Origin: Phoronis australis
Lineage: Eukaryota > Animalia > Phoronida
Direction of reading: 5' to 3'
DNA: 64,000 nt
Assembly (NCBI GenBank): GCA_002633005.1
Contig: NMRA01000268.1
Coordinates: forward strand, 68,585-132,584
Part shown: in pieces, positions 1 to 12,900 of the stretch
Position numbering within the stretch: the first letter of the stretch is position 1
How the letters are laid out: every line of letters begins with the position of its first letter
Made by a program: the position numbers and the translations under genes
Notes under the pieces: generated by a model
What the model was told of the DNA's origin: nothing
Database searches by the model: none
Seen by the model: only the letters and a program-made list of their open reading frames with translations

Positions 1-37
1 TTTGAACCCCCTGAACCCCCCCGTAGATCCGCCACTG
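1..37. mobile_element. End of GC-rich MITE (..TAGATCCGCCACTG); decayed relative at about 34336-34384
   Basis: GAACCCCC repeats followed by the terminal motif; truncated by the window edge. Confidence 0.4.
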
Positions 38-2114
38 CATACCGGACTACTAGAACGTTCTCTACTGTTCTATTGTAAACAAATTACATCACAACTAACC
101 TGACCACGTTGGTCATGCCAATCAAGTGCTATCTGCTAGTAAACAAAATGAACAGTCAAATATAGCCAAAAGAGGTAACACCAATGTCAGTCTACTCCTG
201 ACATACATGTAAAGTAACTGGACTCTTTCAGGTAAATTATCGGCTCTTATAGGCCTAAAATATGTTTATTGGCATCCTTTAAAATATTTTTCCTTGACGC
301 TCTCATTTGTCTTGTTGTTTCAGCAAATATAGGACATTTGGAAAGTTGACAACGTTTTCACGAAGCCAAGCTGTGGATTAGTATTCGTTCTGTTACTTAG
401 TCTTCTATAAAAAACAGGTTTTCGAATTATTTTAACAGAAGTTATTGTAATCAAAGATAAAGCGATCACTCTGAGTAGCGAAGCCGAGATCCCTGGGATA
501 AATGAAACTTCGTTATTAATCTGTTACCGAAAGTTTTTTCAGAAAGAGACACAATGTTTTACTTTGACACAAATTCTCTTCTTTTTCCGACAGAGCCTAG
601 ATTTTCCGTTGAATTACAATCCTTATGAAAATATGGCTGGCGGACAATGATTTTCCATTAATTTGGTAATGGTTAGAATTCTAAGAAGCTATGGTTAGTC
701 ATACGCCCTGTAAATAGGCGACCATCAGAAGGGGAGGTTAAAGTGGTGGCGATAGAGCGATCTGAACCTTGGGTTCATGGCGGTACAAATTTTTGATACA
801 GTTAAAGTAGTTTATACCTCCAATAATATGTATAACTATAACTTATTTAGTGAGGCGGGATAAACTGCTTGATAGAAAAACATATACCTTCATACGGTCT
901 ATTACGTGCATGTTAAATACACTTCCATTCACAAATTCCATCTTGAGAATAACAGAGCATATGAAGGAATACGACTCTTGCCTTTTTGTAGAGTTAGCTG
1001 AGTGTAATTAGGAGAAGAATAAAATCTCAATTGATCTTAACAGCAATGTTATTGACAAGTGTACTGGTCGACATGTCAACATGCTCTCCCACAAAAAACA
1101 ATATTTTTGGTGCAGCAAACGACTACCAGACATTTTGTTTCTGCTAGTAGAACTATTTGTAATAGAAAATAGATAGAAAATGTGTGTTAGCGCTTTCTGA
1201 ATTTTCTCAGAAATTATTCCAACAGTGAAAAGTACATACATGTTAGCATGTAAAAACTCAAGTATGGTAACTTTTAGATCAAGGATGAGGAGTTTAAAAA
1301 TGTCTTCATGAATCGACGAGTGCTATGGTGAAAATTGTGTAGTCTCAGGCTTATAACATGGGCAAAACATCTTCGAAATTTTATCAAAATCCCGAGACTT
1401 ACCGAGAGATTTTGACGAAATTTCCAAGAGGTTTTGCCCATGTCATCAATCTGAGACGAGTGTAGGATTTGTTTTCTCACATGAGCCGTAAAAACGATCT
1501 TTTTACTGAAAAACTCGACGTGTCTAAAACTTTCAACCACACGACGAAACTTTTGTAAAAACACGCTTGCGCAATTCAGTTACTTTTTATGAATAGGTTT
1601 TAAGCTTAACAATTGTAAATTGCATTCACCTTTCGTAGCAAATATTCAAGTTAGAATCTAATAACTACTCTTTGAAATTGTAATATTAAAACTTAAAAAA
1701 TACTTATATATAACAGTCAGCAAGGCTTCCCCGCGCGTGAGCAGTGCATTGACCTTGAGACAGCTCAGCTAGACAGTCTCGCCGCGTTTCTTGAGAAGAG
1801 GCTCGTCTCCGTTTGAATGAACGTGGATATGGAATTCGCCGCCGAAGATGTGTCCGTATAAGAAGTTGTTTGCATGTCCTTCCGACTGGGAGTACGTACA
1901 GTTGCGACACCCGATTTGACAATCATAACCTTGTCACCTTCTCGGAATACCGGCATTGTTTGGTTGGCGCGCGTTTGGTTGTTTTCGTGTTTGGCAGACG
2001 ATAAAATGTAAGGCGTAAGGATTTCTACTTCGCACTTTTTTGTGATTTGCACGTGTAATATCAAAAAATTACGTACATATAGATTATTACATGGCGAAGT
2101 CGTTATCCCCCGTT

Positions 2115-2769
2115 ATCTAGAGCCCGAGTGGATCCACAGCGACACACTTGTCAGCAAAGTCCAAGTAATCCAAAATAGAGCCGCCAGGGCTATCCTGGGT
2201 ATTAAAACTAGGGACACCAGGATCGCCGACTTGTACTCCAAGCTTGGATTTATGAAAGTAAAGCAAAGAAATAAATATCTGCCTGTTGCATGTACAGCCA
2301 AAAATCACCAGCAGCCAAGTTGTATACTCTACACGTTCTTCTGTTGCCGGTAATGTTTCTTTTAAAAAATTAAAACCAAGACCGGCAAGAGATCTTTTTT
2401 ATGCTGCTGCTGCAATATGGAAATCTTAGCCCAGAAATTAAATGGTCCGATTCAAATAATACTTTCAAATTTGATATTAAAAAGTGGCTGTAATTTACCA
2501 AACCATTTTACACCCTACCTGTCTTTATTGTGTCATTTTTCATTGTTGTAATACTCTCACTGTTTAGTATCATTTCTTTATTTATTTCATCTCTCTCAAT
2601 CCAATTTTCACCATGCTTCATCATTTATTTAAATTATCTTAATTCTCAACCTGTTTAGCTGTATCACTGTTACATGTATTTAATTCTTGTTTTATTACTT
2701 TATTGTATTATATTACATTTTGTTGTTGAGGACCCTCATTTCAAATATGACAATAAATAAATAAATAAA
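2115..2769 (+). mobile_element. 3' fragment of L2/Crack-like LINE with (TAAA)n tail
   Basis: KVQVIQNRAARAIL and GKRSFFYAAAAIW remnants, AT-rich 3' UTR, (aaat)n tail at 2751-2769. Confidence 0.65.
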
Positions 2770-2834
2770 GTCTGACACTCCCTTACGTTACAATCGTGCC
2801 GGTAGCGGACGACTGAACAACTGTCAACATACCA

Positions 2835-5235
2835 TAGAAATGGATTTTACGTACAATATAAATTTGACAAGAAACTAAAATGCGTGAAACGCTCATACCA
2901 GTTAAAGGTTCAGATTGAAATTGAGAATCTGAATACTGAAAATCCTAAGGAATTCTGGGCATATACTAAAAAACTGGGACCAAAACAGTTTAGCGAAGTT
3001 CCCCTGGAAGTTCTGGATTCAAATAATGAAATTAACTCTGATAAAAATTTCGTTTTAAATAAATGGAAAACTGATTACGAACAATTATTTAAATGCACTT
3101 CTGAAAATACACCATTTGATGAAGAATTTTATTTGAAAACCTTGAATTTGCGCAAGCAGCTAGAAAATGATTGTTCTAATACAACTGGTCATGGATTAAA
3201 TTGTGAAATCTGTATTGATGAGGTTAGAAATGTTGTTATGAAACAAAGAATAACGAAGCCGTCAGCTATGACTGTATACCTTATGTGGTGTTAAGATTCG
3301 AAACTATTGTTTTTCTAACCCAATTGTTCAATGAATCTTTTAAACGTGGACTAATGTCTTCTGACTGGTATAAGGCAATTAAAATACCGATACCTAAGAA
3401 TTCTACAGACGACCCTAGGTTACCTCGTGGGATTAGTCTTCTTTCCAATATTTATAAAATCTTCAGTGCTCTGTTGAATAATAGAATTCTAGGTTTCTGT
3501 GAACAGAACAATATTTTAGTTGACGAGCAAAATGGTTTTCGAAGCCGACGGTCTTGTATTGATCACTTATATGTCCTGTCATCAATTATTCAAACAAGAA
3601 AGTCATCTAACCTTTTTACATTTGTGACATTTGTGGACATAAAAAAGCTTTTGACTGGACAAACCATGAACTTCTGTTTTATAAATTACTGCAAAATAAT
3701 ATTAATGGTAGAATGTATGATGCAGTTCGTATGATTTACAGAAGTCCGTTGAATTGTATACGATTAAATGGCACTCTGTATAGTGGTTGGTTTACTCCTG
3801 AAATTGGTGTCCGTCAGGGGGACGTTTTATCACCAATACTCTTTGCATTATATATAAATGACTTAGCTCTGGATATTAAAAAACTGGGTAAAGGTGTCCA
3901 AAGTGGCCCGAACAATATTTCAGTGCTTCTTTATGCCGACGATATTGCACTCTTGTCTGAGAATGAAAATGACATGCAAGATATGTTGAAGGTTTTAAAC
4001 AACTGGTGTAAAAGGTGGAGAATGGTTGTGAACATGGCAAAAACTAATGTTGTCCATTTTCGAGCTAAGTCTATGCCTAGAAGCAATTCTGAATTTATTT
4101 TGAACAGTGTCATCAGTTATAAATCCTCATACAAATATTTAGGCTGTATTCTGGATCAACACCTTGACTTCAAAGAAAATTTGAATACGTGATCTGAAGC
4201 TCCTGGTAGAGCGTTATGGAACATGTGCTCAACATTCCGTGCTAACAAGAATCTAGGATTCGAAACGTTTAAAACATTATTTAATTCTTGTGTGGCACCA
4301 ATTTTGTATTACAGGTCATCTGTTTGGGGTTACAAAAATTTTGGTAATGATGAAAATATCCAAAACAGAGCGATGCGTTTTTATTTAGGGGTCAACCGAT
4401 TTACAGCCACTCATGCAGTGGCGATATGGAGTGGAACTTCACCTGGAATAGATTTAAATTGAATATGCTGCGTCTTTGGAACGAACTTGTAACCACAGGT
4501 GTGATAGGTTACTGAAAAAGGTACTTCTATGGGACTACTCTGTTGGTAGAAAGGGTTGGATAGACGGAATCAAAAATTTGTTTAACATAACTGGCATGCA
4601 ATCCTGTTTTCAAAATTTGACTACTTGTGACATAATACATGCTAGAAACAAACTATTTGAATACGTGAAACATGCTTGGGCTGAATCTGTTGTAACTAAA
4701 CCTAAGTTAAGAACCTACATTTTATTTAAGCACGAGTTTTTAACTGAGCCGTATGTAAAGATTAATTTATCTCGTTCCGAGCAGTCTCCTCTGGCTCAGC
4801 TTAGAGCAGGAAATCTCCCATTGCACTTGGAAACTGGTCGTTATGTAAACACTCCTGTAAGTGAAAGACTTTGCTTGTGTCCTGACTCTGGTTCTGTGGA
4901 GGATGAGCTACATTTTGTGTTTGATTGTTCTCTTGATAACTCACGGAGGTCTATTCTGCTTAATAATGTTTCACTTCAAATCCCGAACTTTGTAGATTTC
5001 AGTAGATTAGATACGTTAAAACTGCTATTTCAGTATTTCCCTAGGCAAATTGCCAAATACATGCATATCAAGTCTGCTTTTGAACTTAGAAACCGACGCA
5101 TTTATGGTAGGCCTACATCTGAGTTGTGTGGTTAAAGTGACTAATAAGCCCAACTGGGCTGGGTACTTATCTTTCTTACGAATGTTATACCTATAACTGT
5201 TTGATTTAATTGTACTTGTCACTATAATAAATAAA
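2835..5235 (+). mobile_element. Decayed LINE ORF2 (RT plus C-terminal ETGRY/EDExHF Zn motif; RTEX-like, clade tentative)
   Basis: Frameshifted pieces with RGISLL, EQNGFR, GVRQG, LLYADD, YKYLG, LETGRY..C..VEDELHFVFDC; AATAAA-rich tail near 5226. Confidence 0.85.
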
Positions 5236-5310
5236 TACTACTACTATACTACTACAGGTACAAAGAAAAGGACACATAAAACACATACAAGTAAGTGTTG
5301 TATATATTTT

Positions 5311-5443
5311 TGAAGAAGGAAGAGAGAGGGGGTGGGACGGAGTAAGGATGGGGGAGGGAGGGAGGGAGGGGCGGCGGGAGGGAGGGACGGTGAGGAGAGG
5401 GTGGTGCAGTAGGAGTGGGAGGTGGAAAGAGAGTGGGAGAGAG
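5311..5443 (+). repeat. Purine/G-rich low-complexity tract with (GGGA)n
   Basis: GGGGAGGGAGGGAGGGAGGGG and further G-runs. Confidence 0.8.
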
Positions 5444-5638
5444 TATAATACAAAACATCTGCATTGTTTTAGATCATTCATTGTTGATCCTCCAATTGTG
5501 AACTGATCCAATTATAAATTCTTTGAATAACTTTAATTCTCCGAACAGTTCTTTGTATTTTTGCAATAAACTTAAATTCGGAGGTTTCCCATTGAGGCGT
5601 CGCTGATATCAATGGAATTTGCAAAGACAAATGCTTAA

Positions 5639-6136
5639 AGGAGAATGCCACCCAAAAAACAACCTATTTTGTATCAATTTATATCGAGTAGTTCCACTCA
5701 ATAACAACAAGTACAGCTCTTTTACCCGACACCTGACGGCATACGGAGGTGTTGAAATTAACGATGACGTAATAGGTTCGAATGCAGTTTGTTCAGCAGT
5801 TCACAACACGCTTACTGGTGTCAGCTTATCGCTTGAATTCGTCTTTTTACACCAATAAATTATCAAAATTCGATGTGAAACCCTTACAAATACATCGAGT
5901 TATTGAACAAATGTGTTATTTTATTTCGCTGTTATGGATTTTTAGGTATTTGAACGTACCGTAGCCTAAAAAGTTCGGTAGGCCAATTTACCAAGCTCGG
6001 TCGCGGGATTTTGGGGTCTTTGCGTTGATAAATTCAAATTATTCGTCCGTGAAATACAAACAAGGGAACATACCTTCGTGTTGTAATTTTAGACTTGTGA
6101 TTTTTCAGTTCTAAACACACAAAACGCTTGCTATCC
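5639..6136 (-). mobile_element. Kolobok family B terminal fragment (KolX-side end)
   Basis: TTAA|AGGAGAATGCCACCCAAAAAACAACC; colinear with 58752-59237 over about 500 bp. Confidence 0.8.
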
Positions 6137-6838
6137 AATTAGCTCATTGAACAGCCTAAACTAAAATCATCGAAGCTCAATATGTACAGTAAAGTTCACA
6201 TAATTGACATTTTCCACTCATCAGGGGTAACGGCTTTAGCAGGTTCTGTTTGCCACGTCATCTCAGACTTGGGCCTAGAATTATAATGAGACACAATACT
6301 ACTATAAAATGCTATATCTCGTTTTATCTACAAGTCCTAAAATTGACTTAAAAGATACAAAGAAGGATTTTTTCCTTTTTGAAAAAAAAAACTTCTCTGA
6401 GCCCGTAAAATTCGAAGATATGAGGGCTCAATTTGAATTTTTCGCTAAGAGCACCATACCGGCCATGATCCAGGAAGTCTGAAATATGACAAACAGGCCT
6501 GTCGTGCCATTTTTCGAAACAGAATTTCACTACCAATTTCGGTACTTGAGTTAAACCATTTTGGCTGATGTGGTGTCTCTTCTTGGACCACTGTTATTGT
6601 ACAAATCATCAAAGAAGCCAACTAGTTTCTTCCCAAAAGGGATTCTTAATTTCGGTACCATCGTGTTTATAGAAGTCAATTCACCGACTGTTGCAGGTTT
6701 AAAGTCATGCAATTTTGCGTATTTCAAAGTATTTATTTTCCATTAAAAATAAATTAGCTTTGAAAAACGACTGAAGACCCTTTTCTGTCAAAGTATGTAA
6801 ACGTGTAACAAACAACGGTACTTGTCAATAGATTATGT

Positions 6839-6844
6839 TTTATT
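6839..6844 (-). terminator. Putative polyadenylation signal (AATAAA) of sulfatase paralog 1
   Basis: tttatt on the plus strand, about 76 nt downstream of the stop codon at 6920. Confidence 0.4.
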
Positions 6845-6919
6845 AGCCACTTTCTTTTCATATGGGCCCCTTGTGAATTGCGAATATCGATAAAGAAGAC
6901 ATTCATGTTAACTTTGTCA

Positions 6920-9900
6920 TTAGGAAGAAATTAAAGCATTACCGTACAGTTTTTTGTCGCCATAATTTGTCCATATCCCACCATAAAGATCAGGATTAGC
7001 GTCAGGTGTCGCTGGTTTATTTCTTATGGGAACGGCTGTTGCGTTGTATGCTCTCATCTTATTCAATAGCATTTTTAGGATATCTGGTCTTCTTTTAGCC
7101 AGGTTGTAATATTCACATGGGTCATCGCGAATGTTAAACAAACACGTTTCTTCATTAACATTGCATGACGTGGTTGCATTGGAAGGTACGGGGCCACACT
7201 CAACAAGCCTCTTGACCGAGATTTTTTTCGGAGAATGTAGAATGTGCTTTATACTACTTTTTCTAGCATTTTCGCTCTTAAAATAATGTTGCCACTGAGA
7301 AAGGGAGTTAGAATCTACTTCACGTTCTTTTTCCATGTGGAAAGTACCGGCATTATCCACATACTCGACAGCAACTGTGTCCTTTTCCTCATAAGCGTCA
7401 TATTCACTCATTGAATGGAGACCATTCACAGTCCTTTCAGCCCACGAACCATTTCGACGAGCTTGTGGTGTTGGGTACCAACCATTAAAACTGTACCCGA
7501 TATCACAACATTTGAAATGCACAATTTTGTAATCTCCCACCCTGACAGCATAGCCTTCTGCGTTGTCTATGTTGTGTAGTATCTCTGTCCGCGGGGACGG
7601 AAGATCCTTAGACAGTGTTTCCCACATGTTGAAACCGTCCAGCTGAGTCAGGTTCTTTGTATCACCGCCAGCGAGGTGAACGAGGGTAGGGAGCCAGTCG
7701 ACAAGGTGCATCATTTGATTGGACACGCGCTGGGAGTTTTTCAACATGGGGCTGTAGACCAGACCAGTACCTTTGACGCCACCCTCCCACAGAGAGTACT
7801 TCCCGCCTCTTTAAAACAAAACAATAGAATAGTGAACACTTCCAAAAAGTCGTATGTTTATCACTCATTACGCTATTTCGCCGTAAGGCATTTTATATTT
7901 GCAACCGAGAAAATTAGCATCTAATAAGCTGATATGAGCCGACCTTTCAAACAACAATCTCTCGTGTACTTCACTTATACACTAGCTGTTGTAAAGACTA
8001 GGCTGAATATGTTAATGTGATCAAGTGGGTCATTTAAGGGGCTGCCTTTCACCTCAAGCAGTTATGAACTGTCAGCTTGACCGAAGCGTTCAGTAGACCC
8101 CAATGCATTAGCCTGGACTTGCAGTGAAAAATATTCGCTTCCGGAAAAATTCAACATTCCAACGTTATCGACCGATCACGTCAGTGGCCACCATTTTGCA
8201 AGGACAGGCTATTAAGCTCCTGAGTCTACTGGGGAAACACTCGCCTTTCATTCGTGTGATTTTGCGAGGTCTTCTTTTTCCCCAAGAAACCTGTTTTATG
8301 AAACGCTATCCTTATTTGAGTAAAATAAAGGATAAGCATGTACTAATTCAGCCTAAAATATAGTGGGTCTCGAAATTTCGAGTATGTGTACCTTTTACTG
8401 AAAAAACGGGGACCAAAAAACGGAGTTCCGCGTCCAGAGGTGTGAATTGTGCATTCGCGCCGAATTCCTGCCTTTTTAGTGGACTTTTGTTTCGTTTTCT
8501 CGGACTTCTTGTTTCTCTGAGGCGGTCCTTTTTGCCCACTTCGCCAAATGGGGGGCTCAGGTACGTGAGCTAAATCAAAATAATAATTTTGTGGCCAAAG
8601 GCGGTTTCCTTCTCTTCCGTGAGTATCAGAAAACACCCGTCCCCTAGGTGTACGCCCATGGGTCTATATTTGGAATATTTTCCATAAGCTGGTGTAGGGG
8701 CCTACTTTTGGAGCCTCAAATTTAATATCTAAGTCCGTGAATTGTTTTAGATGACCGTTATTAACGTCGTTTTTAGGAATACATAAATTGCAACTTGGCA
8801 AACGCTTATCACGACCTATTGTATGATAGATTTTCCAATTATTGGCTACCCTTGTTTTAGAAAGTATATCGCGCTTAACTTCTTGGTACCGTTTTCCGAA
8901 TATACACCACTATCTCTCAAGGGGGCACTCAGGTAAGAAGCTTTTGGGTGAAATCATCAAAACCGGGACGTGATTGGTAAACGTAAGACACTCACTAGTG
9001 GTATGAAGATATCGTGTTCACTTACTGCTTACTCTCATAATTCAATAGCCTAACCTCCCAACCAATCGCCGTTGAAAAGCAGCTGCTTCGCTAAAGAACG
9101 CACGCGCCGTGCGTTGCAGACGCACTCGTGAAACACCAGCGTTTTCCTATTGTGCGTGGTCTTGTGACCTGGTTTTTTACACGAGAAACTAGCCCTATAA
9201 AAGGTACCACATGATTTAGTGCATTGCTAAGTACATGGATTTTTTTCGGGCGCCAGTGAAACGGCATCCTGTAAAAACGTCCACCCTAAAGAGTAATTTA
9301 CTAGCTAACAAAATGTTAACTGTTAACAATCCGTAAATTCAGATACCTTAAAGGGAAATTAGAACCTGGTGAATAGTTTGGTGTGGGTCCTCCATTGTCC
9401 GTGGAAAGAATGATCACCGAGTTCTCCCACATGCCGTTGATGTGCAACTGTTGAATAATGCGACCAATAGAATCATCTAAAGCTGCCAACATGCCGGCAT
9501 ACACACGTCTTTTTTTGTTCTTGATATGAGGAAACCGCCGAACGTACTCCGCCGGGGCTTCAATGGGAACGTGTACGGATTGGTATGGCAGGTACAGAAA
9601 TAAAGGCTGAAAACATAAAGTCTTTTTGCAACTGTTTGAAAACCATCAACCAAACAAAAATCAACAACAGGGTTTTCGTTAAAATTGGCTGGACCGAATC
9701 TATCTGGAGACGACATTACCAGCAATATTGAAACCGTGAACTGCGCATGCGCGAAAATCACTCAGTTAGCCCCCTTCGGGATACATGGGATTCGCAGAAA
9801 ACACAGCGTGAGGGTCTTATTTATGAATGAATCACATTTGCCGATAGCACATAACATAGATAAGTATTTTGTTAAAAACGTGGCCAAGTTTCAGCAAAAT

Positions 9901-12900
9901 TGGAAAAAATTTTATGTTTAACATGGTATGGCCAAAGTTTTGGCTTATTTTGTCGCTTCGATCAGTGGAATCGCCGCTAAAAACCCGAAAGTGCATGTGA
10001 GAAAACGATAATTTTCGACCAAGCCTTTCATGTGCGGTTAGTTGCCGATAGACCCAACAGATGTCAGTATAATCAAGATTGAAATGTAGGAGTTTGAAGA
10101 AAATTAGACAAAATTTTGTATTTAACATGGGGTCGCCGAAAATTGCCAATTTTGGCCTTTTGCCCCGGCAGTTTATCATCATAGACTATCATTAGTGGGT
10201 CTAGTTAATTCGAAGTTTTTGGTTAAATCACTGATAATATTCACACCAGTATATTAATAAACGTTTTCTCTATTTATAGCAGTTTGATTCCAACGCTTTA
10301 ATTAGTGCGTACACACAAGAATTAGCCCTTGACCGGCACGGCCCATAGTAGTATGGGAGCTAACATTCAGCTGCAAACCAAAGTAGCTGCTTGCGGAAAA
10401 CTCACTTGGGGTGTTCACGATCCACTTCAGGGAAAAAAATCTCGTTGTCCCTAACAATAATTTGTTTCCAAGTACTTCGGGCATGGTTTAAAATTGAAAG
10501 GGTTCATTACAAGTTGAATTTATGACAATCGTATTGTTGCATTGCGAACTGAAAACTACTCGATTGACTCGGTAGTGCGAGATAAGGCCGGCAACGAGTG
10601 AGGACAGCTTTGATTTGCTTACGAGTGGTGACTCATGATATTGGCCAGACATCTGTACTAATATGTTTTGTCTTTCCTTTTTAACGGAATATATTTGAAC
10701 TTTGGTAATTTTGGGCTACAAAATGTAGAACAACCTTCCTGGTGCTTCTCTTCAGAAGACACGCGGAGAGTGAAGCGCCTGGTCCAAAAGCGATGACCTA
10801 GTTTACGCAGAGAACCTGGCGGATGACCTAGTTTACGAATTGCTGGTAATGGGTACGAAACAGCAAGTGACTTCGTAAGAACAATTATTCAACCGTCCAT
10901 TGCCTTACTCCTAACTGTATCCGCGATGCCAGTGGCTTTTAGTAAACACCGTTTTAGGTGATTTCGCACCCAATTTGTTCTGTCGCCTGATGATCTGCTT
11001 TCCCTGGGAGCTAAACGCGTCATTCACTTTAAGCACTTCTTTACTATGTCAGAGTCTTACAATTGGAGATGTCGGTCTCTAACATTTTCGTCGACTTACT
11101 AGATGAAAGGATAAGTCCCACTTGCCGATTTGACAGACTTTAAAAGGAGATTTTAATGTTATTACAAACTCCTAATTCATATCAAAAAATGCTTACTTCT
11201 TTTAACATCCAGGAACTTTTTCAGTGTTTGATTTTTGCTCTTTTAAGACCATTAAAACGGTCTATAAAATTTCTAGAAGATTCGCGATCACCGAGTTGTC
11301 GAAAATCGGGCATTCCAAAGTGGCTACGTAATGCAAAATAAAATCAGTGAACTAGGTCACAAATATGTAATGATTTCCAAGAAACTGGTCCAAATTTGAG
11401 GTTTCTGATTGGTTGCAACGGAAAGGTGAAAGAGGAACCTGCTATATGTAATGGAGTCAGCCGGGATGTACACAGCGTTACCGGGGAGTATTGCTGGGTT
11501 GTATTGTCAATTTCTCGACCACTTGGGCACAGTTGAGGGTTAAAACAAATCTTTGGTAAAGAGCCTGCTTATTTTTGTTCAAGTATACAGCTGGTATTTT
11601 CCATTAACAATACTTACGGTCAACAATGATCGTGTAGTCTCCAGCAATCTCAAACCACCCATTTTTTCAAGATATCTGATTTTGCCACTTTAGGAAATGA
11701 AATACATGTACATGTAATCTTGTATTTCAACAGAGTTATCAGAGTATTTGATGTTTTATTTAAGCGATACCCGTTGCCAACACATTTTGCCTCGAAATCC
11801 ACCGACGCTCGCATTTTTTGTCTGCATGTTTACATCAGGTGACCACACTCCTCTGTCAATCTCTGTTGACACCACACAACTGGTCAATATACACGTCTAG
11901 ATAGAAAACACATCGAAGTGACACACTATGTAAGAAAACTGACCTTAGTTTGATTGTGCTTGTTGATAACACGCAGCGCCTCGTCTGTGTATAGCTCAGT
12001 TGAGTATTTTCCAAATGAGCTGTTGTCGAAGTTCATATTTCGTCTAAAGTCGTAGCCAGAGTATTTCTGAAAGAAATTTTACAGTTATTCATTGAAAGGT
12101 GTCTATTTGATTTTGTATAGGGGCTTCTTAACCGGCCGAATGATTAAAGTACAGTCCTTCTTTCAAACTATTCAGTACATTTCAATGTACTCAAAACAGT
12201 ACATTTTTTTATCAATCAAGAAACCCCTACTTGCAAATTTCGAATATGTAGTCGGAATACCTAGTTGATCAAAATTTTTGTAAATGTCCTGAACTTTCAT
12301 TACTCTAAACGGCACCGAAGGTCCTATTAATATCTATAATTTTGGATGAATGGCTGACAATTCTTCACAGCAACTCTGAGAGATGCATATTCTAAAATCT
12401 TTGTCTTCATTCGGTAGTAATCTTTTGATAGTTTAATTAGTCATTTACAACACATCTACCTCTATTGTTCGTGCCTTTTTATGTTACTAATACATCCAAA
12501 ATTAATTGACATTGCAATTAAGTAGTTGACTAATTAGTTAATTAAGCAGCCCACTAGTACATGAAGGGATTCCTAGATACATTTCTTGATATTTTTCGCA
12601 TTTTGGTAACACTCTTAGTTTTTATGAATAACAAAATGTTTTTCAACCTATCAGATATGAAATATAGTTATTTTTTATGAATTAAATTATTAATCTTTTT
12701 CTTCTGCTATAATCATCATCAAGAGCTCATGAAGGGCTTTTTATGATACGATTCCAATGCAATGTGGTTGAAAAACGACGTAGAATAGAAGGTGACAGTT
12801 TTCCCTTTGGCCTTGTGTTAAAACCATATTTCTGTTATTATTCGTATTATCTACATGAATTTTTATCGTATTTGATCCCGCTGCTTGATCATTGTTAAAT

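Noticed and set aside
5206-5511. Proline-rich ORFs
   Set aside because: Produced by the G-rich low-complexity tract.
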